Shown here: piece by piece, positions 1 through 10,468 of the stretch
How positions within the stretch are numbered: the first letter of the stretch is position 1
Layout: the number at the start of each line of letters is the position of its first letter
From: Chiloscyllium plagiosum
Lineage: Eukaryota
Assembly: GCF_004010195.1 (NCBI RefSeq)
Contig: NC_057719.1
Span: 42,654,957-42,674,956 of the forward strand
Length of the DNA stretch: 20,000 nucleotides
Direction of reading: 5' to 3'
Made by a program: the position numbers and the translations under genes
Notes under the pieces: model-generated
Databases searched by the model: none
What the model was told of the DNA's origin: nothing
The model's input: the letters and a program-made list of their open reading frames with translations, nothing else

Positions 1-246
1 GGTTGAACAGTTCATCCACTTTACTACCACCTTCCACCCCCACCTCAGACTCCTCCCTCCCCTTCCTAGACCTCTCCGTTTCTATCTCGGACAACCGACT
101 CAACACGGACGTTTACTATAAACCGACTGACTCCCACAGCTACCTAGATTACACCTCTTCCCACCCTGCCCCCTGTAAAAACGCCATCCCATATTCTCAA
201 TTCCTTCGCCTTCGCCGCATCTGCTCCCAGGAGGACCAATTCCAAT

Positions 247-721
247 NNNNNNNNNNNNNNNNNNNNNNNNNNNNNNNNNNNNNNNNNNNNNNNNNNNNNN
301 NNNNNNNNNNNNNNNNNNNNNNNNNNNNNNNNNNNNNNNNNNNNNNNNNNNNNNNNNNNNNNNNNNNNNNNNNNNNNNNNNNNNNNNNNNNNNNNNNNNN
401 NNNNNNNNNNNNNNNNNNNNNNNNNNNNNNNNNNNNNNNNNNNNNNNNNNNNNNNNNNNNNNNNNNNNNNNNNNNNNNNNNNNNNNNNNNNNNNNNNNNN
501 NNNNNNNNNNNNNNNNNNNNNNNNNNNNNNNNNNNNNNNNNNNNNNNNNNNNNNNNNNNNNNNNNNNNNNNNNNNNNNNNNNNNNNNNNNNNNNNNNNNN
601 NNNNNNNNNNNNNNNNNNNNNNNNNNNNNNNNNNNNNNNNNNNNNNNNNNNNNNNNNNNNNNNNNNNNNNNNNNNNNNNNNNNNNNNNNNNNNNNNNNNN
701 NNNNNNNNNNNNNNNNNNNNN
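247..721. other. Assembly gap (475 N)
   Basis: Run of N. Confidence 1.
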
Positions 722-837
722 CCCACCCCCTTCTAGCCTATCACCCTCATCTTAACCTCCTTCCATCTATTCCCAACACCCCTCCCCCAAGTCCCTCCTC
801 CCTACCTTTTATCTTAGCCTGCTTGGCACACCCTCCT

Positions 838-874
838 TATTCCTGAAGAAGGGCTTATGCCCGAAACATCGATT
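838..874 (+). ncRNA. Minimal type I hammerhead-ribozyme-like motif in PLE tail
   Basis: CTGAAGA (843-849), A, stem II GGGC-ttat-GCCC (851-862), GAAA (863-866), CATC (867-870). PLEs are known to carry minimal hammerheads. Stem I is weak in this copy. Confidence 0.65.
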
Positions 875-1070
875 CTCCTGTTCCTTTGATGCTGCCTGAC
901 CTGCTGCGCTTTTCCAGCAACACATTTTTAAGCTCATAACTGACCAGCAGCCTGGCTTCATGTTTGTAATAAACAACAAGTCAAAACAGCAGTATTTTGA
1001 GCTTTAATGTCTTTAAGTTTTCTATTCTTTGCAAAAGAGACTTGATATTTTAACAAGATCTGTGAAACGT

Positions 1071-1392
1071 TTTTTTGTTGTTCGTGAGATATGGGCACCA
1101 TTGACTAGACCAACGTTTATTTCCAAACCCTAGCTTCCCAGAGGTCAACCAAATTGCCAGATTAGGTAGCGATAGCAAATTTCCTTCCCTAAAAGACATT
1201 AATGAACCAGGTGGGTTTTTATGACAATCAACATTGGTTACATGGTAATCATTAGAACAGCATTTTTATCTCAATTTTTTATTGAATTCAAATTTTACCA
1301 TCTGGTATGATGAAACTTGAACCATGTGCTTCGGACATTAACCTGCACTTTTGCACTGCTAGAACAATAACATTTTCACTGCAACACTGCCT
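1071..1392 (-). mobile_element. tRNA-derived SINE, degenerate, same family as 17692-18018
   Basis: Reverse complement aligns by eye with 17692-18018 (tRNA-like head gtgttgcagtg...ggttcaag, then gatggtaaaatttgaattcaat, ggttca, aataaa, A-rich end). Confidence 0.75.
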
Positions 1393-1411
1393 GCCCATCA
1401 TTAGCTCATAG

Positions 1412-1500
1412 TAGACAGGCAGGAAGCTGGAAGAACACAGCAAGTCAGGCAGCATCAGGAGGTGCAGAAGTCGATGTTTTGGGTGTAACCTTTCTTCAGC
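1412..1500 (-). mobile_element. 89-bp PLE-tail mini-element with 14-bp target-site duplication
   Basis: TCATTAGCTCATAG at 1398-1411 and 1501-1514. Minus strand reads gCTGAAGAaaggttacacccAAAAcatcgac...gatgctgcctgacttgctg...ttccagc, homologous to 843-918. Confidence 0.85.
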
Positions 1501-1814
1501 TCATTAGCTCATAGCAGATCCTGTTCTGTGCAATATTTCCCTTGATAATACTGAGGATTATTCAGGAGCGGAGCTTTTGGAATAGTTCCATCAGCTTCCA
1601 GCAGTTTGCGTTTGGATTATTTTCCTAAAATTATTTGAAAGAATTCAAGAGACAAAAAGCAAAGACATTATTCAGAATAGTGCATAATTTTTCAAGTAGA
1701 TCACACTACCTGAGATTCCTCACCTTTAGTAGCTCATGTTTGTATGCACCAGAAAGACATTGAGCTGAGAAAGATATTATTTATCTGTAATTGAATTAAT
1801 TCTCCACAGAAAAG

Positions 1815-1928
1815 AAGACTTGAAATATTAACATTTTTTCTTTCTCCTCAGATTATGCCATAACTGCTTGGTTTCTCCAGCCCACTTTTTATTTCAGATC
1901 TCCAGCAAATGCAGTGCCTTGCTTTTAT
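1815..1928 (+). mobile_element. Degenerate PLE-tail copy
   Basis: gaaatattaac...ttctcctcagat...tttctccagc...tttatttcagatctccagcaaatgcag resembles 15247-15350. Confidence 0.55.
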
Positions 1929-2439
1929 ATTAATATATTCTTTGGCTACAGCTGTAAAATATTTTACTGTTTACGTTCCATGATCATTTAATTTTATAGA
2001 TTCGCTTTGCCTTCCTAATCTTTTTATTGGCTTCCATTCTCACATATTCCAATTATGCACTCTTCTGTGGTATTTAATGTAGGCCTTGTTTCGAGTCAAT
2101 TGCTTCATTGTGTCTTTTTCCATCCATTAAATCCCACAACTGCTTTGTTTGTTCTTTATTTTTCATGGGAATATATTTTTTTCCTGCACTTTGTTGCACA
2201 CCTTTTAAAATGTTTCCTATTGTTATCCGTAGTGTTAATGCTCAAGTTCCATTCTCAGCTTTTGTCCAATCAATCAATTTACTTTTCATCAAATGTATGT
2301 TTTTCTGTCATCATCTTAAAGCATATTGTGCTATAGACACAATTACTTTAACATCTCCTTACTTTTACATTCCTTAACTCGTTCTGGCTCATTCCCCATT
2401 GACTGATCCAATGGTAAATTGAGTTAGCATTTCATGCTT

Positions 2440-2720
2440 CATAGAAAAGAGCTTCACACATCAACAAAAACTTTGTATGTAGAATTATTTCCTAATTTCT
2501 CTCCTGAATGGCCTCACTCTGATTTTTAGGTGACGCTCCCTTCTCATAGACTCTTTCCCAGTATAAAATATCTGTGTCTTCCCATTGATCCGTTTCAAAA
2601 ATGCTGGAAAAAAAAACCTCAACCACTTCTATATTCCAGGATATGCAAATCTTATTTATGTCATCTCTCATCATAACATAACTGACGAGCTTCCAGGTGC
2701 ACTCCTTCCAAAGCCAATCA
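2440..2720 (-). mobile_element. Old CR1-like LINE remnant (3' part of ORF2)
   Basis: Minus strand gives ...cacctaaaaatcaga...ttcaggagagaaattaggaaataattct (HxLKIR...FRREIRKxF), typical of the CR1 ORF2 C-terminus. Heavily decayed, boundaries approximate. Confidence 0.5.
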
Positions 2721-2960
2721 GAGCTTTGTTTAGATTGTTAAAAACTTCCTTTGTTTCATAATCTGATCCCGTATTTGTAAATTACAGTAGCCTTTTTGAT
2801 TATTGTTTGTATCTCTGAGACACTACACTTGAGTAATGTGTAGATAAAGTCATAGAGATATACAGCATGGAAACACAAACCCTTCATGCCAACTTGTTCA
2901 TGCTGACCAGATATCCTAAACTAATCCAGTCTCATTTGCCAGCACCTGGTCCATATCCCT

Positions 2961-3717
2961 TCCTATTCGGATGAAATGGTCTTTACAGAAAGCACCTCGG
3001 GGTGGCGAGGGAAATATACCTCTGGTGGTGGGTTCACCTGGACCATCTCAGACACCTCCCTCCCCTTCCTGGACCGATTCATCTCCATCAACGGTGACCG
3101 ACTCAACACGGACATCTTCTACAAACCCACTGACTCCGACTACCTGAACGACACCTCCTCCCACCCTGCCTCCTGTAAAAATGCTATCCCTTATTCACAA
3201 TTCCTCCGCTGCATCTGCTCCCAGGAGGACCAGTTCCACCACAGAACACACTAGATGGCCTCCTTTTTCAAAGACTGCAACTTCCCCTTCCACATGGTCA
3301 ATGATGCCCTCCAGCACATCTCATCCACTTCCCACACCTTCGCCCTCGAACCCCACCTCCCCAACCACAAGGACAGCACCCCCTGGTCCTCACCTTCCAC
3401 CCCACCAACCTCCGTATACATCATCCTCTGCCATTTTTGCCACCTACAAACGGAGCCAACCACCAGAGATATATTTCCCTCTGCACCCTTATCCACTTAC
3501 CATAAAGACTGTTCCCTTCCCGACTCTTGTCGGGTTCATGCCCTCCCACCAACCCACCCTCCCCTCCTGGCACCTTCCCCTGCCACCGCAGGAATTGCAA
3601 AACCTGCGCCCACACCTTCCCCCCCTCACCTCTGTCCAAGTCCCCAAAGGAGCCTTCCACATCCAACAGAGTTTTACCTGCAATTCCACACATGTCATTT
3701 ACTGTATCCGTTGCTCC
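2961..3717 (+). mobile_element. Penelope-like element fragment (Neptune-like): RT thumb, Cys-rich linker, start of GIY-YIG endonuclease, with an inverted 5' piece (2961-3032)
   Basis: FTWTISDTSLPFLD...FYKPTDS...SSHPASCKNAIPYSQFLR (similar to 43-246), then PGTFPCHRRNCKTCAH and SFTCNSTHVIYCIRCS across frameshifts. Confidence 0.88.
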
Positions 3718-4277
3718 TGCACTCCAAGGTCTCTTTGTGCAGCAACACTCCCCAGGCCTTCCCATTAAGTGTATAAGTCCTGTGCTGATTTGCCTTTTAA
3801 ACTGCATCTGCCACACCTCGGCCCATTGGCCCATCTGATCAAGATCCCATTGTACTCTGAGGTAACCCTTGTTCACTGTCCATTACACCTCCAATTTTAG
3901 TATCATCTCCAAACTTACTAACTATACCTCCTATGTTCGCGTCCAAATCATTTATATAAATGACAAAAAGCAGTAGACCCAGCACCGATCTTTGTGGCAT
4001 ACCACTGGTCACAGGCCTCCAACCTGTAAAACAACTCTCCACCCTCTGTCTTCTAGCCAGTTCTGTATTCAAATGGCTAGTTCTCCCTGTGTATTCCATG
4101 AGATCTAACCTTGCTAGCAAGTCTCCCATGGGGAACTTTGTCAAGTGCCTAACTGAAGTCCATATAGCTCACGTCCACCACTCTGCCCTCATCAATCCTC
4201 TTTGTTACTTCTTCAAAAAACTCAATAAAGTTAGTGAGATATGATTTCCCATGCACAAAGCCATGTTGACTATCCTA

Positions 4278-4311
4278 CTATCTGCAGTCATTGTTTTTAC
4301 CTCGTTGATTT
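4278..4311 (+). mobile_element. 34-bp insertion in CR1 resembling the extreme 3' end of the PLE tail, flanked by tatccta/tatcccta
   Basis: The other CR1 copy reads ccatgttgcctatcactgataag (reverse complement of ~10508-10530) with no insert. The insert contains atctgcagtcatt, like catctgcagtaatt at 14507-14520. Confidence 0.55.
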
Positions 4312-4651
4312 TATCCCTAATCAGTCCTGGCCTTTCTAAATACATGTAAATCTTGTCCCTCAGGATTCCCTCCAATAACTTGCCCATCACCGATGTCAGG
4401 TCTATGGTTCTCTGGCTTTTCCTTACCACCTTTCGTAAGTAATGGCACCATGTTAGCCACTCTCCAGTGATTATTGATGAGACGAATACCTTGAAAAGTG
4501 GCTCACAAATCACTTCCCACAGAATTCTAGGGTACACCTGATCAGGTCCTGGGGGTTAATCCACCTTTATGCATTTTAAGATATTCAGCACCACCTCTTC
4601 TGTAATATGGACATTTTTCAAGATGTCACCATCTATTTCGCCACATTCTAT

Positions 4652-5199
4652 TGTCATCCTGTCCCCATTCAGTCGAAGCAAAACACTCAGAGACTCAGTG
4701 TAGTTTTACCTCCTTCATCTTTATTTTGGGCCTTGGATGGAGAGAGAACAATTGCCCATGTGCACAGAGACATGAATTCTATGTCTTCTCTGGAACAGCA
4801 GTTTCTCAATGAACTATATAGTCATTTTACAGGGAGGTGTATCCAGATAAAGCAACATACATATTAATTGGGTGACCATTACAATCAAAGAGTATCAATA
4901 GCAGAGACCAAGCCCATTACTATTATACAATGAATGTTCTTAACCTTGTTAACCAGATTCATACAATGGATACTTTTCCCCTTGTTAGCTGACCTTACAT
5001 ACTGAATGCTTCCAATATTGTTAAAAAGCTCTACACAATGAATGCTTTTCCACCTTGTTAACCCATTACCCTTGCCTGCAGCACCCCAATGTTAACTGCA
5101 AGTTCTGATCTGATCCGAGTCATACTCAGCTGAAGCTCGTTTCAAAAAACTTAAAACTTAACTCTTTCCCTACCTGCATATACACTATACAAATTCTCA
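4652..5199 (-). mobile_element. Solo LTR (548 bp) with TG...CA termini and 4-bp TSD CTAT
   Basis: CTAT 4648-4651, TG 4652-4653, CA 5198-5199, CTAT 5200-5203. The CR1 reading resumes across it. Minus-strand AATAAA (TTTATT 4720-4725) with TATATA at 4815-4820 upstream of it on the minus strand. Confidence 0.85.
4925..5065. repeat. Four imperfect ~36-bp tandem units in the LTR U3-like region
   Basis: Units starting at 4925, 4961, 4999 and 5033, with approximate consensus atacaatgaatgctttt..ccttgttaacc. Confidence 0.8.
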
Positions 5200-5299
5200 C
5201 TATGTCTTTCATATCCTTCTGTCCAGTAAACACGAATGCAAAATACTCATTTAGTATCATGAACCTTTTTTCAGGATTATGCTTACTTGGCTTTCTACC

Positions 5300-5720
5300 A
5301 TTTAAAAATACAGGATTCAACCTCATTTTGGTCCACTGTAGATGACTTTACATGTGCCTGTACTACTACAGCTCCTACCCTACATTTGTTTAATCTGTCG
5401 GTCTCTTCATAGTTTGTGAAATATCTACACTACTGTGTCAACATGGGAAGCATAGAAAACATCTATGCTGTCAACATAATTAATATAGTGAAGTGTGGAA
5501 GTCCCAGCATAGATCCTTGCAGTACACCACAGTCACTTTCTTTGAGTAGATGTCTGTTATCCTTATCTTCTGTTTTGGAACCAGATCAATGATTTACTTA
5601 CAATCGGCTAGGGTATAATGTGAAACTTTGTTGAATGCCTTCTGGGAGACCGTAGAAAGTATGTTTGTCATCTTCTGTCTATTATTTATTTCCTTTTACC
5701 AAAAAAAATCAGTTGGGCTT
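5300..5720 (-). mobile_element. Ancient CR1/L2-like RT remnant
   Basis: Minus strand gives cagaaggcattcaacaaagtt (QKAFNKV) and ggtgtactgcaaggatctatgctggga (GVLQGSMLG), decayed versions of RT motifs KAFDKV and GVPQGSVLG. Confidence 0.6.
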
Positions 5721-8379
5721 GTTGGTCATCATCATATTGCGAATGGCAGTTGGTCCTGCAATCACAACAGATCTCTCTCGGTAATCAGTCAATCAGAGTA
5801 AGGTGTCAGTTTCTACCATCGTTGATAAACAGAGCACAAATTGTGCTTGGAATTGAACTGATGATATTATGAGCTCAAGTTTCCGTTAAAATGCATGTGC
5901 ATTAACACAAACGTAAACGCTTCCATGAACCACTCATTGCAATGTCATAAATTGTATGTTTTTCTTTGCATTACAAATATTGCTGGTTTTGATAGCAGTT
6001 ACGAAAGCGATTTCATGCCGCTGAAAGCAGACTTATCTGAAAACAATAGTGTGCTTAATCTCCAATCATAATTTAAAGCTATACTGGACCATTTACTAGT
6101 TTCATTGGGGTCAACTAGCTTGAAATAAGTTCACAATTTTAAAGCACAAAACCTTTAAAATGTGCCTGTGGTGAACGTGCGCCAAGTAAACTCTTAGCGT
6201 CAGCTCAAAAATCTTTCTTCGAACTGCTGTAGTGAATAGAAACTATTATTTTGATGTGGGTGGGATCAGTTTCAGGGGAAATTACGTTTAAAGCAGGGTG
6301 AAGATGGCAGGAATTCAACTTTATGTTTATAATACTTTACGCTAGAGTTTTCCGCACTTTTGTGTTTGCACAGGTTCAGTCTATTGTGTTAATAAGCTCA
6401 GCATAAGCTAACGGAAACTCCTGTCCTCTGCTCTTAATTATAGCTTCCAATGATTTCCCCACAGATAAACTGTAATTTCCTTTTCTTTCCCTCCCTCTCT
6501 TTCGCATTTCTTTACCGATTGACTTAGGTGTGGAGGGGGGAATTACGGGAAAATGTTGTTTCAAAGTATCTGGAATAAGTATTTTTAAAGTAAACCTATA
6601 TGGTGCAAAATTGCGAAATTCTGCTTCCAACTGGGAGGCTTCAAGGGGAGTTTTTGTTCGAGTCTTGAATGAGAATATTGGCACCTGTCTCTCAGTGACG
6701 AATGCCGCTCCCTTCTTAATGCACAGCAGGGTGGAACATCATTACCTCACCACATGGAAACTGGTTACATAATAAATAATTCCTTGGCTACTTCTGACGA
6801 GCAATTCTAAAACAAATGAATAAAAATTGGGTTTGAGGCACAGGTAAGTGTATCCGTTTGCAACATCTAACTTACGTGGCGGAATATATTTGCCACACTG
6901 CTGCTCACTTCAGTGAATAAGTTGGAATTTCTTCCGCTTTAAGGTCACGTCGGTTTGCTTGAATCTGCTCCAGAACAGACATCTGTCCCTGAACCAGCAC
7001 TTCCTATCGTTAGACATACCACTGATTGCAGAGTAACTCATGACGCCCAGAACTATGGCAAAAGTTTATTTGTCACGGCATTCTCATGTTGTGGTTTCAG
7101 AGTAATAATATATATTATTTTCATTTTGGAAACATGATTTCAGGCTAGGGTTTATTTTAAGACAGCCAGCGTGCTCTGCCAACAACACGCGTTTGTTCAA
7201 TTTTTTTTGTATGAGACGCCTCGCGCCCTATGCTCTGGAGAAAGTTGTGGAATTATAATTGTTATTACACAGGCCTAAAGTAGGATTTCATATTGGGGGA
7301 TAATAGAGAAAAAAATCGTTATATCAATCTTGTAATCTGATACTTTTAAATTAAGGCTAGTTAAGTGATTCTGTTTCTGCTATTAGAATTTGACAATGTT
7401 GACTTACTGTATTGTATCAAACGACTCACTTCGGACATGAAGCAAATTAGTATTAACAGGGATTTTGTCACCGTTGGTAACTTTTTACCTATATACACAC
7501 ACAATCTGTCGTGAATAAAGGATAGGCTGGTTATTAAAAACGAAGAACCATATCCCCATTTAGTTTGGTCGATAGCTGTGGACTGGGTATAAGCCAGACA
7601 CCGATGTAATAAGACACTAAGACTTGGAGCTCTAAAGCGGAAAAACAAGTCGAACTGGTAGTTTTCATTTACCGAATGCATTCAATGGATGGGAGGATAT
7701 ATGTTACAAAGCAAGAGTGCAGTCTTTCTCCAGGTCAGAGAAAATATATAATAGTTGTTCAACATATTCGTGTCATGATTTCCGACAAACGTCTTCGCTT
7801 TGTCCAGCTTTCCCAAACAAGACAACTCTAATCCGTTTGTTGTAAAAACACTTTCACCTTCTCAGAGGCTGTTGGGTTTGATGCCTGTTTTAGTATTTGC
7901 AGATCTCCACCGTTGACTTTGGTTAGAGTTTCATATCTGATATTATTCACTGTCTTGGGGGGAGAGAGAGAGAGAGGGCGGGAGTGGGAATACAAACAGT
8001 TGGGGATTGATGTGAATGTCTCGCCACGGTACCATCCGCCGGCAAACAATGCAGGTACCATTGGGACAGACCTCCTTTCATGCCTGCCTGTAAACATTGG
8101 GCAGGCCGACAGTATTCTCGGGACCGGTCACCACACTGTATCTGCCCGCGGTGTTAATCAGCATAACCACGTATACACACTGGCTGCAGGGCAAAGTCCA
8201 ACGACAAATGAGCACAGCATCTTACCCGGCACCGTGCTGTACGAGATCAGACTGAGGCAATGCTTTGTACGTCTACGTGTTGTGGTGTCTCAGATTTCCC
8301 TGGTGCTCCCTGCATCTTGCACAGCAGGTAAATCGCCATGGTTGAGGGCTGCGGCACCATCAGGGGCTGAGGGAGGGCT

Positions 8380-8860
8380 CGGCTGACTGTGCACCGCCTC
8401 CCTCTCTCCCTCCAGCCTGTGAGGGACTGCACACCCCGGCTGCAGGAGTCAGGTGCTGCCGAGCAGGGGCCGGCTGCTACACTGGGAGCTCCCGGGCCGT
8501 GGCTGATGTGGCACCGCGGGTCTCTCCTTCCGTCAGGGCGGTAGCAGGGAGCGGCTCATCTCCGAGCGAAGGTGGGAGCTGGGGAGAAGGGGGGAAAAAC
8601 CCGGCCTCTATTCCCCGGCCGGGCCGGGCCGCGCCGCTCGCAGTCGGTTCCCTTCCCGGGGGCTCGGCCCTGTCAAGCTGCTCATTGTGGAGGGTGGCTG
8701 GAGGAGCCGGCTCCCGGCCTTGGGACTGGGTCCCCACAGCGGCAGCAGCAGCAGCATCACCTGTCCGCCCCCGCGGCTGTCTGCGAGGGAGAGCCGGGCT
8801 CGGCCTGGCTAACGCGGTGTCCCTCGTCCCGGTGCTGCTACTCCTTGTTATTGTGTAAAA
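8380..8860 (+). promoter_or_regulatory. GC/CpG-rich island, probable promoter and first-exon region of the CEP170-family gene
   Basis: Sharp rise in GC and CpG ~1.2-1.6 kb upstream of the first conserved coding exon. No TE recognised. TSS cannot be determined from sequence. Confidence 0.75.
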
Positions 8861-10012
8861 GGCCATTGCTTGTTTTGTTCGTGCATTGAATTGTTTCCAT
8901 ATTCAGTGACAGAGAAGGCCAACTAGAGAATCAGGATTGCAGGGTTATGCTGCAGTTTGTCAGGAGGATCTGGCTTTTCTTTTTGTATTTTTGAAACGCC
9001 CAGATCTTAGATTTATATATATATACATATACATTTATATGTACAATAATGTATTAAAAGAAACATTGATCTAGCAATCTCGCGAGAGTTATATTTGCTG
9101 GGCTATCTTTCACACATTTTATAGGTTTATCCAGCAGATATCTCCTGTTTAATATTGATTTCAACATAAAAAGCCATATACATGGAGGATGCATCCAGTG
9201 AGGTATTTCTCAATCCTTGTTTGCAGCTTGCTTTTCAATTTCACTTATATAAAAAAAACACCTAAATCAACCTGAACAAGCTATTTTTAAAAATCATGCA
9301 AAGTATGTGCATATAAAAAAGCAAATACCCTATTACATTTTCATCGGCGTTTTGAATAAATTAATAATTCAGCTGCAGTTTTCCATCTGATAGGGCTGAT
9401 TTTCTTTTAGTTCCATGTGGCAAATAATTGAAAGAAAATCTGGGTGGGAACTGAAGAGATCGACCTACTTTCATGTCATGAACACAGTGATTGCAAATGC
9501 TGCCCACAAATGCCCCAAAACTCTGACCACATCAGCTATTGGCAAAAAGTATTTAAAAATTGACCACGAAAAGCACATGGAAAACACATGCAATAGAAAA
9601 ATCTGAATGATTTCAAGACAGTAATGGTGCGCCTCAAAACCCTAATGCCTGATGGGAATGCTCTGTGCTATGTGTAATCATTCCAAGAAATCGAATGTTA
9701 TACAATTCTAGTTACATTTATATAAATGTTTCAATTGGAAATACGATGTTAGGAACAAACAATTCTTTCAAATTTGTTTTTAGAGTTTCAAGAGTGTTTT
9801 ATAATTATAGAATGTTACGATTTTAACATGCACATTTAACACTGACAAGTCTAAATAATAGAAAATATTGAACAAGAATAAATACCTGATGTTTATTACT
9901 TCTGTATTTCAAAGGGACAATAACTTCTTCTTTCGCCTTAATTATTTTATAAACATAACTGAAAGAAAGCAAATTACTAAGAATGATCTGTTGTATTTTT
10001 CTCTTTGTTTAG

Positions 10013-10219
<207 letters not shown>

Positions 10220-10468
10220 TAGAAATAATGAACATTATTTAAGAGGCAATTTTCTGCAATGACCAATTTCTGGATTTTACTGTGCTACTCACTGACCAGT
10301 GTACAGACTGGATGGAGACCTGCTTTCATGAATTCTGCAAAGAGGTGCCTCCATGTGTTTATCCTCCCTTAGCACTCTTTTCTTTCCCACTTCTTTTATC
10401 AGTTTTGGAAAATAGTTTGTGAAGCTTATAGATTTACTTATAAAACACAAAACTTTAACTTTGTAGCT

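Larger units (their letters stand above)
1..935 (+). mobile_element. Penelope-like retroelement fragment: RT C-terminal/thumb region (1-246), gap, then 3' tail (722-935)
   Basis: Translation LPFLDLSVSISDNRLNTDVYYKPTDSHSYLDYTSSHPAPCKNAIPYSQFLRLRRICS matches the PLE RT motifs (FLD, YxKPT, SxHP, RRICS). After the gap is a C-rich tract and the tail ctgaagaagggc...gatgctgcctgacctgctg...ttccagca. Continuity across the gap is inferred. Confidence 0.85.
2847..5258 (-). mobile_element. 5'-truncated CR1 LINE split into pieces (2847-2960 3' tail; ~3716-4651 RT; 5200-5258) by nested insertions
   Basis: Minus-strand peptides ILNEYFAFVFT (5200-5258), PGPDQVYPRILWE, LTSVMGKLLEGILRD, WRPVTSGMPQRSVLGLLLFVIYINDLD...SKFGDDTKIGG. 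3' tail ends ...ctgtatatctctatgact. Colinear with the CR1 at 10469-11778. Frameshifted. Confidence 0.9.

Noticed and set aside
3..755. 250-aa and 208-aa ORFs at the window start
   Set aside because: Their length comes from the 475-N gap. Only the PLE-like part before 246 is meaningful.
2055..2377. Hydrophobic 89-93 aa ORFs
   Set aside because: T-rich non-coding sequence translating to Phe/Leu-rich strings, with no splice or homology support.
3960..4244. Antisense ORFs over LINEs (also 10483-10914, 11041-11226, 19682-19981)
   Set aside because: Shadow frames of CR1 ORF2 with no independent coding evidence.
4925..5065. ~36-bp periodic repeats as a CRISPR-like array
   Set aside because: Vertebrate DNA, degenerate head-to-tail units without unique spacers, located inside an LTR.
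5760..8400. Head-to-head partner gene (SDCCAG8 lies divergent to CEP170 in mammals)
   Set aside because: No recognisable coding exon on the minus strand. This mildly favours CEP170B but is not proof.
8477..8889. Overlapping 105-129 aa ORFs on both strands
   Set aside because: Low-complexity Ala/Gly/Pro/Arg products expected from stop-poor GC-rich promoter DNA, with no recognisable domain.
7961..9030. Short (GA)n at ~7962, (CAG)n at ~8743 and (TA)n at ~9014
   Set aside because: Ordinary short microsatellites.
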